NCBI GenBank assembly: GCA_030704615.1
Contig: CM060731.1
Span: forward strand, 4,774,001 to 4,838,000
Source: Takakia lepidozioides
Lineage: Eukaryota; Plantae; Bryophyta
Reading direction: 5' to 3'
Length of the DNA: 64,000 nt
The notes under the pieces are model-generated. The model did not search any database, was not told the origin of the DNA, and saw nothing but the letters and a program-made list of their open reading frames with translations. How positions within the stretch are numbered: the stretch's first letter is position 1; the number at the start of each line of letters is the position of its first letter. Positions 62,460 to 64,000 of this stretch are shown one piece after another. The position numbers were made by a program, and so were the translations under genes.

Positions 62460-63335
62460 AGACTGTGATGGGATCATGCGCCTCATACAAGGTTTATATG
62501 GTGTGGGAAATGTGGTGGTCACTGACAACTTCTTTACTTTTGTCCGAGTAGTATACGACTTGGTGTATCTCGATACTTAGGGTACATGCACCGTCTGTGC
62601 CAAAGCTTTGGTGAAAGTATGAAAGTTCTGTCATGGTTTTAGTCATGGTTAACTAGAATTACCTACTTCTAGTTAATTAGGACATTTAGGATATTTATAT
62701 TTGTATTTTGTGTGTTGGGACTTCATTTGGTCTCACATGCCAAGTGAGGCTTGAGGCTTGAGGCTTGGGACATGGGGATGGGTTTTCCCTTGTGAGGGTT
62801 GAGGAGGGCTCATCTTCTTGTAGTTAAGCCTCCATGAGCCTCTCTCACCTCCATAGCTCTAGGTATTGAGAGGGAGGGCTTTGTAGGGTGGATTCCCTTA
62901 ACAGGGTGTCATCGGCTTTAGTTTATGTGATATAGTATATTTTACTTGGAAGGACTAGGGCTTGTTCTTAGTGTGATTGCTTCATGCTTAGAGAGTGTTC
63001 ATTGTTTTCCACTTCCCCCATTTATCATGTCTTATCATTGTGGTATAGCTTTCTAGGATTGTGTGCTTAGAATGTGTGTGGACAACGATGTATGTTGTGG
63101 CACGATGCTTAGGTGCACGACAGATCGGTAAACAAGGTGATTTGAATTATAAGATGCATAGTATGTCAACTTGGCTACTGTCGTATGGTGGGACGGAAAA
63201 ATAATTTATGACGTACTATCTAGTGCAACAAGGCTTATTCATGGGCCCAATTCGTCTATCACTGTGAGGAGATTTGTGTGCAATTGTCGGGTTCTTATTC
63301 CTTCATCTCCAATGCATGTGCAATACTAAGATTCC
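62460..63335 (+). pseudogene. piggyBac-like transposase remnant split by a solo LTR
   Basis: IMRLIQGLYGVGNVVVTDNFFT...L.....GTCTV before the insert; QGDLNYKMH, VVWWDGK...LSS and IPSSPMHVQY after it. Confidence 0.7.
62629..63122. mobile_element. probable solo LTR
   Basis: Termini tgtcatg...cacgaca; flanks gttc/gatc; interrupts the piggyBac reading frame. Confidence 0.6.
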
Positions 63336-64000
63336 TAGTCAGGTTGAACTGAATGTGGGTCATAGGTGTCTTTGAACCTGCTTCATGTGAGATGAATGCA
63401 GAATCAATCATTCACCATAGATATGATAGGTTATCATAAGGAATAGATGACGTGGCCTCGGCAGTTCCGGAAATGCCGAGCGGTACAAATGGGCTCCAAA
63501 ACGCGTGGACCGACTTGTGCCTCAAATTTCAAAAAATTTAATATTGGATTCAAAATTTATTTGAGCATTATTATAAGGTTCATAGGAAGTCATATTCTCA
63601 CCGGATTAAAAAACGCTAAGATTTATACGTAGTTTCTTTTGATGGAAGAGACATATTGTTAGAAACTCCATGTTATGGACCTAAACTTGAACCCCCCAAT
63701 GAACACACACAAAGGAGCATGTAGTTTTTTTTTTTTTTTTTTTTTTTTTCGCATCCTTTGGCAATATGAAAAAAAACAAAAAAATATATATGACATGAAA
63801 TTTTTTGCATGTTTGCACATCTTGGAATAGGATCTGTCTATGGGTGTGGAGGGCAACAAAATTCAACCCGATACTGCAAGGTTATGGTCAAACCCAACAT
63901 TGAAAGTTTTTCAAACCCCCCCCCCCAAAGTTTTTCAAACCCCCCCCCCCCAAAAAAACCCCTTAACCATTAGAGTTTTTATTTCTGCGAAATTTTGCAC

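Overview
Eukaryotic, transposon-dense plant DNA, most likely from a bryophyte or moss (inferred from the PLS-type PPR fragments, the retroelement types and the intron-rich host gene). It contains one 500-N assembly gap (9009-9508). The only convincing intact host gene is a ~24-exon tomosyn/LGL-like WD40 gene with a C-terminal R-SNARE-like helix (23744-34339, +). The rest is mobile DNA: three Ty3/Gypsy families, two copies of a dual-endonuclease (APE + RLE, Dualen/RandI-like) LINE, a tRNA-headed SINE sharing that LINE's 3' end, two Harbinger remnants, a piggyBac remnant split by a solo LTR, hAT- and MULE-type MITEs, and scrambled GH10/PPR gene fragments. The main signal is that unrelated retroelements here carry nucleic-acid-modification cargo. 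(1) One Gypsy polyprotein has an in-frame C5-cytosine methyltransferase after the protease. (2) An intron-containing beta-class N4/N6-methyltransferase-like gene lies antisense, 3' of the integrase of a second Gypsy. (3) A near full-length third Gypsy has a ParB/Srx-like ORF before gag and a dUTPase-like domain in pol. (4) The LINE has a chromodomain and a PCIF1/CAPAM-like adenine-methyltransferase-like domain between RT and RNase H, plus a conserved structured 3' RNA. All domain calls are by-eye motif recognition with no searches run, and these copies are degenerate.
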